The translations under genes were made by a program, and so were the position numbers. This document shows, one piece after another, positions 23,081 through 34,845 of a DNA stretch of 64,000 nucleotides. The DNA comes from Massalongia carnosa (lineage: Eukaryota). The DNA is taken from the NCBI GenBank assembly GCA_965645245.1, contig OZ287086.1:372001-436000 (forward strand), written 5' to 3'. A model generated the notes under the pieces. That model saw nothing but the letters and a program-made list of their open reading frames with translations, was not told the DNA's origin and made no database searches. Position 1 is the first letter of the stretch. Each line of letters begins with the position of its first letter.

Positions 23081-24510
23081 AGAACTAGAAACTCGCCTCG
23101 TACGCATGATCCTCCTCCTCCTAGCCAATAAAAAGTCTCTGTACGTATAAATAGTCCTTTCACAAGTTCATTTGCCCTGAGTTTATCTGTCAAATGAAGT
23201 TGATGGGACTTCAGGACCTATCCTAAAAATTCCCTCCGATCCAACACAAGCAACGCCTTCTTGATCAACAGTATCGCTTTTTCGAAGCTCAAACTGGAAG
23301 ACCTCGTTGATTAGAGGACATCGATTGGTCAAGGGAAAGTTATTAGGACAGTCTGCTGCTGTCAGACAGCTGGAAAGTGGGAGTCAAAAGATGAGGTTTA
23401 AACGTACATACAAAGCTCAATTCCAGTTCTTTTGATGCAGCCATTGGGTTATATTTAAGGTCAATAAATGTTCAGATTATTCCGAACCGACTTCATCAGT
23501 TGGCTTGCAATTACTAGCAATTTTGGTGGCATGCGAAGCTGAAAGGTAAAGGTTTTTCGGATTTTGGTGGGGTGCTTACTAACTAGCGTGTTGCAAATGG
23601 GGGTGTGTTGCAAATGGGGGTGAATACGAGTATTACTCCTGAATTCAACAAGCTTGCCAATGAAAACTGGATTCGTCCTTATCCTTTGATACCACACTTG
23701 ACGCATTGTATGCAACCGCTTGATGTAGGAGTGTTTCAGCCTTATAAACATTAGCATGATGTGGCCATTCGAGATGCGATTGCGGAGTTCAATGTAGAGT
23801 ATACAATAACTCGATTTTGTCAAGATCTCACCAAAATACGAGATAACACATTCAAGAAATTCACTATATAATCTGCCTTTGAAAAATTTGGAATGTAGCC
23901 TATTAATGAGAAGAAATGCACTAAACAGCTAAAGAAGTTTGTACCTTCGCAAAATGAGAATAATTCCTATTCTTTTCAAACATCATCTCTCCCAACATTG
24001 CCACGAGTTCAACCTAAAACGTTTGATGATATTGAAAGAGGATTACTTGAATGGCTACCCAAAATTCGCGATAATACACAATGGAGCGATCCAGTCCGGG
24101 AACAGGAGTTAGAGGAATTCGTGAGTAATACGAAGGAAGTTGTTGCCAAATCGACGCTTACGAAATTCGAACTATCACTTCATCATGAGCGAAGAAGCAA
24201 TGAATTACTACAGAGAGCAAATTCTCGCAAGCTATTAAGACCTAATTACTCGACAGACGGAAGATTAGGACTCACGAAGGAGTAAAAGATACTCATATAT
24301 TCAATGATGAAGAGGAAGAGACAGAGACTACCTTTATCATGGATACTGTAGGTGATCAAAATCTACGATTTATAGGCGAAGGTGATTCTATTCGTCTACA
24401 AGAAGACTTCGTTGCCTTTGAAATGGAAGAGGAAGTAGGCGACGATGTCGACGACAGCGACGAGGATGTTCAGGAGCAGTTGGGTTATTATTAGTATAAC
24501 TACTATTATA

Positions 24511-27092
24511 ATCGTCGGCTCGCTTACCTCCGGGATCCGACTTGAAAAAATGTCGACCGCATTTTAGTCGGGGAAAGCGGTTGCATCCCGGAAAGCGGTT
24601 GCATCCCCCCAAATTCAAATTTCTTCACCTTTTTGATTATTGACCAACAACCACATTGATTAAAAATCAGCCGATACCGTACTTAGCTTGAAAATTATTT
24701 CTCCGACCCAACTGATCATCAATTCAAATTCTTTCCTCTCGAATCAATCCCCCAAACCAATCTCCCCTTTCGTATCATGGATAACGACGCCTCCCTTGTC
24801 TCCACTCTCAACCCCATGGAAAGATTGGAAAAGGCGAAGGAATTTCTGACAAATCATCCCAAAGAAAGTAAAACGACTGCAGCTAGAATCTACAATATCA
24901 ACGTCAAAACTTTGACGTCTTCCATTCGTCGACCAGAAGGGAGGAAAAATGGAGGACAAAATCAGATACTGAGGGAGCATGAGGCAAGGTCAATTACTGG
25001 CTTTATTAAGTCCTTATTGATGCATGGAATTCTTCCTACACATCAGATGGTTTTCAAGGCTATTGTAAGTCTGAAAAAGGCCCATAACCCCCTCGAGGTA
25101 GGCCCGTCAAGAAGATGGTTTCGGAGCTGGTGGAAATGTAACAAACTTCATAAAATAAAGACAAAACCACTAGCAATGATTCGTTATGAAGCTGCCCAAG
25201 AATCAGATGTGATAGAATGGTTTGAAAGGTATAGAGAGGTGTTGAAAGAGTTGAAAATTCGAAAAAGTCGGAACATTTTGAACTTTGATGAAGCTGGTTT
25301 TCGGGTTGGATGCATGAGGGGTCAGGAAATCATTGTTCCTGAGGAAATCAAACAATTCTACGCCGTCAGCCCGGAAAATCGCAGATCTGCGACAGTTATT
25401 GAGACTATCAATGCTGCCGGCGACTATCCCCCCCCTCCAATGATCATCGTACAGGGTCATGACATCATGGCCACATGGTTTTTAGAAGGTGTGCCCGAGG
25501 GCACGTATGTCGTGCCGTCGAACAGTGGTTTTACATCTGATAAGATAGCAATTGAATATTTGAAGCATCTTATCAAACATACAAATGCAGGACCTGATGC
25601 GGAATGGCAATTATTGCTGATGGATAATCATGGCAGTCATACAACCCCTGAATTTTCACTTTTGGCCAATGAGAATCGCATTCGACCCTTTCCCTTTATA
25701 CCGCATTTAACTCATTGCATGCAACCATTGGATGTGGGCGTATTTCAGCCTTATAAGCATTGGCATTGCAAAGCTATTGAGGAAGTCGTTGCGTCGTCAT
25801 TTGTCGAGTATTCTCTGTCTCAATTTATACAGGACTTGACCAAAATCAGAAATCATACATTCAAGACTTCTACGATTCGGCATGCATTTGAAAAGTCGGG
25901 AATGTGGCCGATTGATCCAAAGGCATGCATTCGTCAGCTGAAAAATTTCAATCCCAATGATCCCAATGATTCATTAAACAGTCTGAATAATGAGCCCTCA
26001 TTACCTCTACCCCTACCTCGTCAAATCCAACCGACAAAAGTAGCTGACATTGAGTATGGTTTGAGTCAATGGGGACCGAAAATCAGAAAATCCATGCAAT
26101 GGAGTGATCCCGCTCGGGCTGAGGAATGGGACTCATTTGTAGACAATACAAATGAAGTTGTTTCGAATGCAATCATCGATGGCACGGAGCTGGAAATGCA
26201 TCGAGAATCAAGAAGAAGTCAGTTAAATAACAGACGAATGTCTCGTAAACGTCTGAGACCAGAAACCGGAAGATTGGAAATCACAGCGGAAGATGCAAAG
26301 CAGGCTATAGCCATCAGACTACAACAGGATCAAGAGGCTGAGGAGAAACGAGCGAATAATAGCTTCATGAAGCTATGGCGAATAGAAAGAGACGAAATGC
26401 ATATCAAGGGATTGGCTGCTCGAAAAGCAGAAAGAGATCGAGTTAAACAGCTGAAAGAAATGCAGAAAATGCTCGGTCCCATTCCAATTAAGATGTATGA
26501 GAAGATTCCTGACCCCGAGGAATTATGGAAGGCCACGAATGAGGTATGGATAGCTGAGGAAGCGAAGAAGGAAATTAGAAAGAATCCGCGTGCCAATGTC
26601 AATGAGGAAGATGTCACGTTTATCGTAGATAGCACTGGTCATGGATATAATTCAATCCTTCCAGATCTTCCAGAAGGAGAAACATGGCTACGAGATGATT
26701 TCGTATCTTTCGATTTGGAAGAATCATTGAAAGAATTCGATTCGGAAGCATCTTTTCAACCAGGAGATGCGAATGATTGTTAGAATGCGGGGTATGCGGG
26801 GTATGCGGAGTAAGCGGAGAATCACGAGGGTCAGGGGGTCAGGGGAGTCAAGGGAAATGATTTTGACGACGGTGATGATGACGGCGATGATTTTCAAGCT
26901 ATGTACGGTATCGGCTGATTTTTAATCAATGTGGTTGTTGGTCAATAATCAAAAAGTTGAAGAAATTTGAATTTGGGGGGATGCAACCGCTTTCCGGGAT
27001 GCAACCGCTTTCCGGGATGCAACCGCTTTCCCCGACTAAAATGCGGTCGACATTTTTTCAAGTCGGATCCCGGAGGTAAGCGAGCCGACGAT
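24511..27092 (+). mobile_element. pogo/Fot1-like DNA transposon with long (about 185-200 bp) TIRs
   Basis: TIR ATCGTCGGCTCGCTTACCTCC... at both ends; TA at 24509-10 and 27093-94. Internal 17-bp repeat x2 on the left and x3 on the right. Confidence 0.94.
24777..26783 (+). CDS. Intact pogo/Fot1-type transposase, 668 aa
   Basis: LNFDEAG, LMDNHGSH, MQPLDVG motifs. Confidence 0.93.
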   Translation: MDNDASLVSTLNPMERLEKAKEFLTNHPKESKTTAARIYNINVKTLTSSIRRPEGRKNGGQNQILREHEARSITGFIKSLLMHGILPTHQMVFKAIVSLKKAHNPLEVGPSRRWFRSWWKCNKLHKIKTKPLAMIRYEAAQESDVIEWFERYREVLKELKIRKSRNILNFDEAGFRVGCMRGQEIIVPEEIKQFYAVSPENRRSATVIETINAAGDYPPPPMIIVQGHDIMATWFLEGVPEGTYVVPSNSGFTSDKIAIEYLKHLIKHTNAGPDAEWQLLLMDNHGSHTTPEFSLLANENRIRPFPFIPHLTHCMQPLDVGVFQPYKHWHCKAIEEVVASSFVEYSLSQFIQDLTKIRNHTFKTSTIRHAFEKSGMWPIDPKACIRQLKNFNPNDPNDSLNSLNNEPSLPLPLPRQIQPTKVADIEYGLSQWGPKIRKSMQWSDPARAEEWDSFVDNTNEVVSNAIIDGTELEMHRESRRSQLNNRRMSRKRLRPETGRLEITAEDAKQAIAIRLQQDQEAEEKRANNSFMKLWRIERDEMHIKGLAARKAERDRVKQLKEMQKMLGPIPIKMYEKIPDPEELWKATNEVWIAEEAKKEIRKNPRANVNEEDVTFIVDSTGHGYNSILPDLPEGETWLRDDFVSFDLEESLKEFDSEASFQPGDANDC

Positions 27093-28419
27093 TAATACTT
27101 TTCATGCTTGATCTTTGTAGAAAAAAATTCCTATCGTTATTTGATTGATTTTTTGCGTGTAAAAGTTGAAAAGACGAACTTTGCTTTCCGCCGAACTTTG
27201 CTTTCCCCGACTACGGAGGATGACACAAAAAGTCCTTGGATGCGCTAAGAATGGCACTAAGGATTTAGCGCTGCATCAATGCCCCTTTTCCATATTTGAT
27301 TTATCATGTTTATTTTTCACATCAACCTAATTTTCAAATGATATAATGCATTAAAAATCAGGTCTATATGCAGACTTATGACATGATCAGTCTACATCAC
27401 TGCTATCAGATATAATGTCTTTGCGATAGCGAATGCGACGATCTTCGGAATTATATGGCCGAATCACACAATTGTCTCGACCCTCTCGATACTCGTTTCC
27501 TCCATTCAAAGCGATGACTTCTTATATATGTCGTGGAATTCGTTCTATCCATTGCTGAATTTATTTTTGTTTCAGAGTTTTTGTCCAGCACCGAGTCCAT
27601 GCTTTGATAGTCGTAATACGATTTCGAGGTGCTCTTTTTCGTGTGGGTTGCCTTTTCATCCAAGGCCAACATTGCTCGATCATGTTCAAATCAGGAGAAT
27701 TACCCGGCCACAATAAACGCAAGACTTCTGCATCCATAAAGACGAGGTCTTGATGTTTGGAAGCATGACTAGAGGCCCTGTTCTCCTGCATAACAGTATC
27801 GGGACGATCTATTATACATTCTTTTGCAAACGGAAGAAGTTTAGGAAGAAGAATAGTTTTTTGATAACGATACCAGTCGATGCCCCCTTTGCCTTTTCGA
27901 GCCACTTTTCCATGCTTTTCATCCCATTTCCAGACCAGTTTTCGGCCTCCTTTGGTACGCAGTCCCATTCGTTTCATGCCTATTTCCAATTCCAATTTTC
28001 TTTCGCTAGAGGCTCCAATGCCTCATTGATTTTGTCGATTTCTCCTTGAGCGGCACGTTTTTCTGCCGCTGTCTCCGGCTTCCATATATGAAAATGACCT
28101 TTCTTTTCATACGAAAAACAACCCCAAAACATGAATTCGGAACATCCTTTCCATCTACGTCGAATGCATGTTTGAGCATATTTTTCTTTTGGAGTTCGCC
28201 ACTGAAGTCTTCGTCCTCTTCGAGAGCCTAACACAACACTAGTTTCATCGCTCCATATGACATTCTTCCAGTCATCGAGAGTCCAATGACGATAACGCAA
28301 ACAGAATTGCAATCGAGCCTCGTTCATTGCTGAATCAAGGCCTGGTTTCATGGTAGATTTGCAGGGACGAAAGTTATTGCGTCGAAGAACATTGAGAATA
28401 GTTGTAGATGAGACTCCGT

Positions 28420-31400
28420 TGTCACGGTGCGAGGTCAGGTAGGAATTCAGGTGGTGCAAACGTGTTACTTGATTGTCTAGCTAGGTGGACAAGACGTTCG
28501 ACAAGGAGAAAAGAAACAGAAAATCCAACGTGGGCGAGTATAAGACTTTGGCGAACGGAACTAGTCCCAATCCAGCCGTTGATCCAATTTCCCAAGTCCC
28601 TAGCATGAAACTATCGCCATGACACTATTGATAGTCGGAACACTTACCTTTGAACCGGATTAAGCTTAGTTCCTTTCGGATCGGCTAACCGGCTAGTGCT
28701 TCGTTCAAGCAGCTAAGGTTGACTCAATGAATTAACTGGCAGGTGCCCAGTCACTCCATGACACCAGCTCCCCTTTTAGGTCCGAGCTCCGCGAGGACCA
28801 CCGGGCTTGGTAGGCCTCAGTCGCTGAAAGTCTTCCAATAGGTCGGAGCAGTGGGTGACGTCCTTAGCTTCGGTCCAGTCGGGTGCGTCCCAACCAGTCC
28901 ACTTGATTAGGTACTGTAAACGTCTTCGGAAAAAACGGGAGTCCAAAATTTCCTCGACCTCCCACTCCGTTTCACCTTCAACTTCGACAGGAGGGGAAGG
29001 AGCGGGTATGTGGCCGACGTGGGGGTTTTGAGAGACAGGTTCTAGGAGGGAGACATGGAACACAGGATGAACGTTCATGGAGGCGGAAGGTCTAACTCGT
29101 ATGCGTACTTGCTGACAACTTTCTTTATAGTGAACCTTCCAAGCTTTTTCCAGTCCAACTTTCGCGATGGCCGTTTGGTCTTTATATGTCGAGCGTCCAA
29201 CCAGACCTCGTCACCGATCTGAAACATAGGAGCCGGGGTCCTACTTGCATTAGCAGATGCTTCGTAACGTGCTTGAGCTAGGCGCATTTCGTCGCCGAGG
29301 TGTTCACTGATACTTTGCATTTTGAAAGCAAATTCATCAGCGCTAATGACATGTGCATTGGGGGAGTCGCGATGAACAGGTTCAAAACCAAGACGGGGGT
29401 GGAAACCATAGTTGGCAAGGAATGGGCTGACGGACGTTGTCTCAGAGTCGGAGTTATTACTAGCGAACTCAGCCATGGGTAGCCAGTCGGTCCAATCATC
29501 TTGTTGATAAGACACATAGCTTCTGAGGTATTGTTCCATGACTGCATTATAACGTTCCGTTTGACCGTCAGTTTCCGGGTGAAACGACGTAGATGGCCGA
29601 CTGTTGATCCTTAGTCGTTCACATAGTGCTTTCCAAAAGTCAGCTATGAACTGGCCTCCTCGATCCGACACAATGGAGTCGGGTAGGCCATGAAGTTTCC
29701 AGACATGTTCAACGTATAGTCTAGCCAAGGCCTTAGCGTCGGTGGTTTCTCTGCAGGGAATAAAGTGCTTCATCTTGGTTAGTCGACAAACAACGCTTAG
29801 CACGGCGTTTTTATCACTACTTTCGGGTAGGCCGGTAACGAAAGCCATAGATATGTCCTTCCATCGTTGTTGGGGAACGGGCAAAGGTTTTAACACTCCG
29901 TACTTGGCATGATGGGAAGCTTTACTGCGAGAACATGTATGACAGTGTTGAACATAGCGAGCAATGAACTGATGATATCGGGGCCAGTAGTAGTCTCGCG
30001 CCATCAGACTAAATGTTTTAGATCTGCCTGGATGGCCGGCGACTGGGCTGTCGTGATATTCCTTGCATAGTCTCATTTTTAGTTCATGCCAATCAGGGAC
30101 ATAAAGCCTTTCCTTGTAGTATAGTCTTCCATTCCTGTCTTCGCATTCGGCTAGGGTGATGTCCTTGCTGTGTCGAGCACCGTTTCGGAGAAGGGTTAGG
30201 ATTTTTTTAGGCGTGGGATCATGTTCATATCCTAGATCAATGAGTTCGTCTATAGATTTGTCTTCCGAGTCGAGGGCAGGGGCGAGATTCGATGGTTCAA
30301 TGGCGATGTCAGGTGCGATGTCAGGTGCGATGTCAGGTTCAGAGTCGGACACGTCAGTCACACGAGGCACGTTGTTAGCATGAAGTTCAAAATTATGCGG
30401 TTTTAATACCACCTGATTCTGATGTTCTAGTCTCACGTCCCCTTCTTTAGGAAGATCTCCTGATCTTCTAGTCAAAGCGTCAGGTTTTCCGCCTAATTTG
30501 CCGGGTCGATACGTGATTTTGAAGTCGAAACGTGAGAGATATTCTGCCCAGCGGGCCTGTCGCCTGCTTAGCTGCTTGGTGGTGGTGAAATACTCCAGGT
30601 TTTTATGATCAGTGATTACCTTGACCGGGTAGGCGGCTCCCTGAAGTTCTGGTCTCCATTCCTCGAAGGCACGTATTATGGCTAACAGTTCTTTATCATA
30701 AATCTCGTAATTGCACTCCGCCGGTGACAAACGTCGCGAGAAAAAGGCTACGGGGCGAAGGACTCCATCGTCATCATACTGTGAGAGGACTCCGGCATTG
30801 ACATAATCAGAAGAGTCAGTTTCAACCACGCTTTCCTTATCGGGGTCAAAATGCAGCAGAACAAGGTCACTAGTGAACATAGCCTTCAGATCTTCGAAGG
30901 CCTTGGCGTAGTCATCGGTCCATACGAATGGTATCTTCTTTTTTGACATAGCAGTCAATGGTCCGGCTATACGAGAGAAACCCTTGACAAATCGACGATA
31001 GAAATTCGCGAATCCTATGAAGGCCTGCACGTCCTTGAGGTTCTCGGGGGTGTTCCAATTCTGAATAGTTTCAATTTTCTTAGGGTCCATTCTTATACCA
31101 TCTTTGGATATTATTAACCCTAAGTAAATGGTCTCCGTGACATGGAATTCACACTTTGAGATGTCGAGTTGTAATCCGGCCCTTTGTAAGGCCATCAGCA
31201 CTTTTCTCACATGATCCTTGTGTTCTTTCAGGGAATTGCTGTAAATCAATATGTCATCGATGTACGCGGTGCAGAAGATGTCTAGATATTCACGAAGCAC
31301 ATCATTAATGTACTCCTGAAACGAAGATGGGGCTCCACAGAGTCCAAACGGCATGACGAGATATTCATATAATCCATAGCGTGTTCGAAAGGCAGTCTTC

Positions 31401-34278
31401 CATTCCTCTCCATGAGCTACGCGGAGACGGTTGAAGGCCGCGACAATATCCAACTTAGTAAAGATAACTGCTTTACTCAAGTGGTCCAAGGTTTCTCTGA
31501 TCAAAGGTAGGGGGTATCTGTTCTTGATCGTTATCGCATTTAATGCTCTGTAATCAACACAAAAACGCAGGCCTCCGCCTGGTTTCCTAACGAACAACAC
31601 CGGGGACGCAGCGGGGGAAGAACTGGACCGAATAAAACCCTTCTTCAGGTTTTCCGTCAGATACTTCTTTAGAACTAACAGTTCATCTCGACTCATGCCA
31701 TATAACGGGCCATACGTGGGTTTCTTTCCATTCATCAACGGAATTTTATGATCATGGCTACGTCGCCCCGGAAGTTTATCAGCTTCTTTCTTGGAAAATA
31801 CATCTAGAAATTCATGATATTCCGATGGCAACACTGTAGCGGGATCAACTTCCGGCTTAGGGTTCAAGGAATGTTCAATGTCTCTCATGTTCACGGTAAA
31901 GAGTTCACACTCCTTCTTCTTCGCTAAACGGGTAAAGGGGGCTGCCCCTATCATACATATGCTCAATGGTGGATTCTTATGGGTCGGCAGCGGAACGAGC
32001 AGGGACGGGACGGGTGAAGTCCAAGGCAAGATAGGCGAAACGGGCAAGGTCGGAGGCAAGATGGGCGAGGGGGCGGCGATCGCGATCGATTTTGAATTAA
32101 CGCGCCGATTTAACCGGCCGGGCCTGTTAAATCTAACCGCTTCGGAACTAGGGTCTTCGGTGATTGCAGCAGTCAAGTCGGGACTAGCGCTGCTTTCAAC
32201 GACGAGGGGTTTTTCAGCGCGGAGTTCTGGAACGTTGGTTATGCCGATGACCGTGTTTGACTCGGAGTTGTCAAGACAGTGCTGACGGCAGTAAGGTGAG
32301 TTGAAAGTGAGAGAGTTCATGGCCCATCGTATGCTGATGTCGTGAATTTGCAGCTATTTAATGCCGAGAACGATGGGATAGTGACCGAGGCTGGTGACGA
32401 GAAGGTTAGCGGGTTCGGAATGCGAGGCTATGTCAAGGTTCAGACGGGCGAGGTGAGTAAGCTTTCCAGACGACACGGGACGGCCGTCTGCGAGTTCAAG
32501 AATACGAGGGTTCTTCATGAGGGCGAGGGGTATGCGATGATGGTGCGCGAACGAATCAACAAAGGCAAATCCAGATGCTCCACAATCAATCAATGCATAA
32601 GTCTTGATTCTGATTGTTCCTATGGAAACAACAAGAGACACAACCAAATGCCTTCCATCCAAATCTTCTTCGGATAGAGGTTCTTTGGACAAGGAAAATG
32701 CCGAAATTGAAATAGTTTCTTTTTGTCTTCGGCCGCGACTTAGGCCGAAGACTGAACTTTTCCCTCCTCTTCCGAAGTCACCGTGCTCAGTTCATATGTT
32801 CTCACTCTAGGTTTTCCCTTGGAGGCTGGGCAGGAATTGGCGAATGTGTCCTGATCCTCCACAGTACATGCATAGTCCTTCGTTCATGCGGCGTGATCTT
32901 TCCGCCGGGGTGATGGGACCGCGACGCCTGGAGGTCGACAGGTCCATGGCGTCCGTGTCTGCGGATGGGGTGATTGCGGGCCTAGGAGCGGGAGTGCTGA
33001 AGGTGGAGATGGATGAGGTCTTGGTAGTCGGGGTGGACGGGGCGGAGGAAGAGCGAGATGAACCATATGAAAATGGTTTGCGGATTGAGGCCTGGACGGA
33101 ACGGAATCGATTATCAATTTTCTGGAGAACTTGTATGGTGTCGTCCAACGACGGGGGTAGGTCAACCGTGATGAGAGCAGATTTCAACTCATCACTGAGA
33201 CCATCTAGGAGAATGGATCGCTTGGCTTCATCATCGAAGCCTGTGTCTGGAACGAGACGTTGATAATCTGATAGGTATAGGTAGAACTCTTTATTCTTTT
33301 GTCGAAGCTGTCGCAGTTCCCTTTGTGCTGTCGCTTTTCTATCGGGGTCACCGAAGGCCAATTGCAATTTTGTATAAAACGCTTCCATATCGACAAGAGC
33401 GATATTTCCATCTTTTTCTAGGTACGGCTGCAGTTGTTCAATGCTCTCTCCTTCAAGCGGCTTAGTGCATAAGCGAGCTTGCTTTGCTCGGTGGGATAGT
33501 GGTCCTTGTTGATGTTCAGCTTTATTCGGAGTTGCGTCATCCATCCCCGAAGTTCTGCCTTATCGCCACCAAAGGAAGATGGGTCCGGATGTTTGGTAGA
33601 ACGATGTGACTTAGACTGCGAGGCATCGATCAGATTGGTGCGAAGTTCGTCTATGACAGCTTGTCCAGCGGCCATGGTGATTGCATTCTCGGACAGAGTG
33701 ATGTTAACCTGCTCAAGGGAAGATAGTGCAGTTGCTTTGTCGGTCTCTAAAGTGGTGATAAGTTCCTGAGCATTGGCCGAGAAGTTGGTGACGCGAAGAA
33801 GGAACTCGAGCCATGCCTGTGGCTGTTGCTGCACTGCAGTTCTCAGTTCGTCGGCGTTGGAAACGGAGATAGGGGGGTCGAGGTTGATGGACATGTTGGT
33901 GATGCACCAGGTGAATAGGCAGGTCGAACGTAGTGTCACGGTGCGAGGTCAGGTAGGAATTCAGGTGGTGCAAACGTGTTACTTGATTGTCTAGCTAGGT
34001 GGACAAGACGTTCGACAAGGAGAAAAGAAACAGAAAATCCAACGTGGGCGAGTATAAGACTCTGGCGAACGGAACTAGTCCCAATCCAGCCGTTGATCCA
34101 ATTTCCCCAAGTCCCTAGCATGAAACTATCGCCATGACACTATTGATAGTCGGAACACTTACCTTTGAACCGGATTAAGCTTAGTTCCTTTCGGATCGGC
34201 TAACCGGCTAGTGCTTCGTTCAAGCAGCTAAGATTGATTCAATGAACTAACTGGCAGGTGCCCAGTCACTCCATGACA
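28420..34278 (-). mobile_element. Full-length Ty3/Gypsy chromovirus
   Basis: LTRs 28420-28763 and 33934-34278 (4 substitutions and 1 indel seen). TSD TCCGT at 28415-19 and 34279-83. PPT TAAAAGGGGAGCTGG at 28764-28778. Confidence 0.96.
28776..33894 (-). pseudogene. Chromovirus gag-pol (gag, PR, RT, RH, INT, chromodomain), inactivated
   Basis: LIDCGAS, YIDD, ETDSSD, chromodomain WEVEEILDSR..YLIKWTGW. Frameshifts near 33430, 32843 and 29078; TAG at 32354-56; integrase ISMAFV instead of ISMDFV. Confidence 0.92.
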
Positions 34279-34845
34279 TCCGTGCTCATATCCCAAAACG
34301 GCTGAGGATTTTTCTCTACAATTCGATCATGACGAACGTTGTCTAAAACGGCCTGTTCTACCTTAGACGTCACTTTAGGAGGACGTCCTGAACGACATGC
34401 ATCTTCTACGTATTCTACTTTCAATATTCGCGAAACAGTGGGATCATATCCTCGATCTCGTGCCTTGCGTTTGAGATAGCTGATAGACTGAGTAGAGACT
34501 CCGATGACTGCTTGAACGACTTTAGCTGTTATGCCGTGTTCAATCAAGGATAATGCTTGTAACTTTTGACCAATGGTCAGACTATTGTTCTGAGTTCGTG
34601 ATGTCATGATATGAAGCAAATAAAATTTTACTTGATGATATTTGATAAATAACAGATGCTGCACAGGTTGAAATGTACAATATCTATAAAAACCTCTATT
34701 TAATTTTTAGCGTCCTATCTGAACGACGCTAAAAATGCACTAATGCACGCTACCAAGAACTTTTTGTGTCATCCTCCGTAGAGGCGAACGCCTCGGCACG
34801 AGGTAAGCGAGAGACTAGCCAACGATTAGTAAGCTAACTTGTTTC

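Larger units (their letters stand above)
20098..23630 (+). mobile_element. pogo/Fot1-like DNA transposon, unusually long (3.5 kb)
   Basis: About 60-bp TIRs CTCGTATTCACCCCCATTTGCAACAC...; TA at 20096-97 and 23631-32. Confidence 0.93.
27214..34778 (-). mobile_element. Degenerate Tc1-like transposon interrupted by a Gypsy
   Basis: TIR CGGAGGATGACACAAAAAGT at both ends; TA at 27212-13 and 34779-80. Transposase pieces 34279-34607 and approx. 27500-28419 (IWSDETS; QENRASSH with D>N; SPDLNMIE), frameshifted. Confidence 0.9.
20074..34826 (+). mobile_element. 5'-truncated degenerate pogo/Fot1-like transposon hosting three nested DNA transposons
   Basis: MDNHGSH (20076) joins ITPEF...LTHCMQPLDVGVFQP (23632) across the 20098-23630 insertion. 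Right TIR is split by the Tc1: ...CTTTCCCCGAC-TA (27213) / GAGGTAAGCGAG...CAACGAT-TA (34826). Confidence 0.75.

Noticed and set aside
27980..28459. MHHLNSYLTSHRD N-terminus (also at 33713-33973)
   Set aside because: Chimeric reading from the Gypsy LTR into flanking sequence.
30303..30338. 12-bp x3 repeat (PDIA) in Gypsy pol
   Set aside because: Ordinary in-frame linker expansion.
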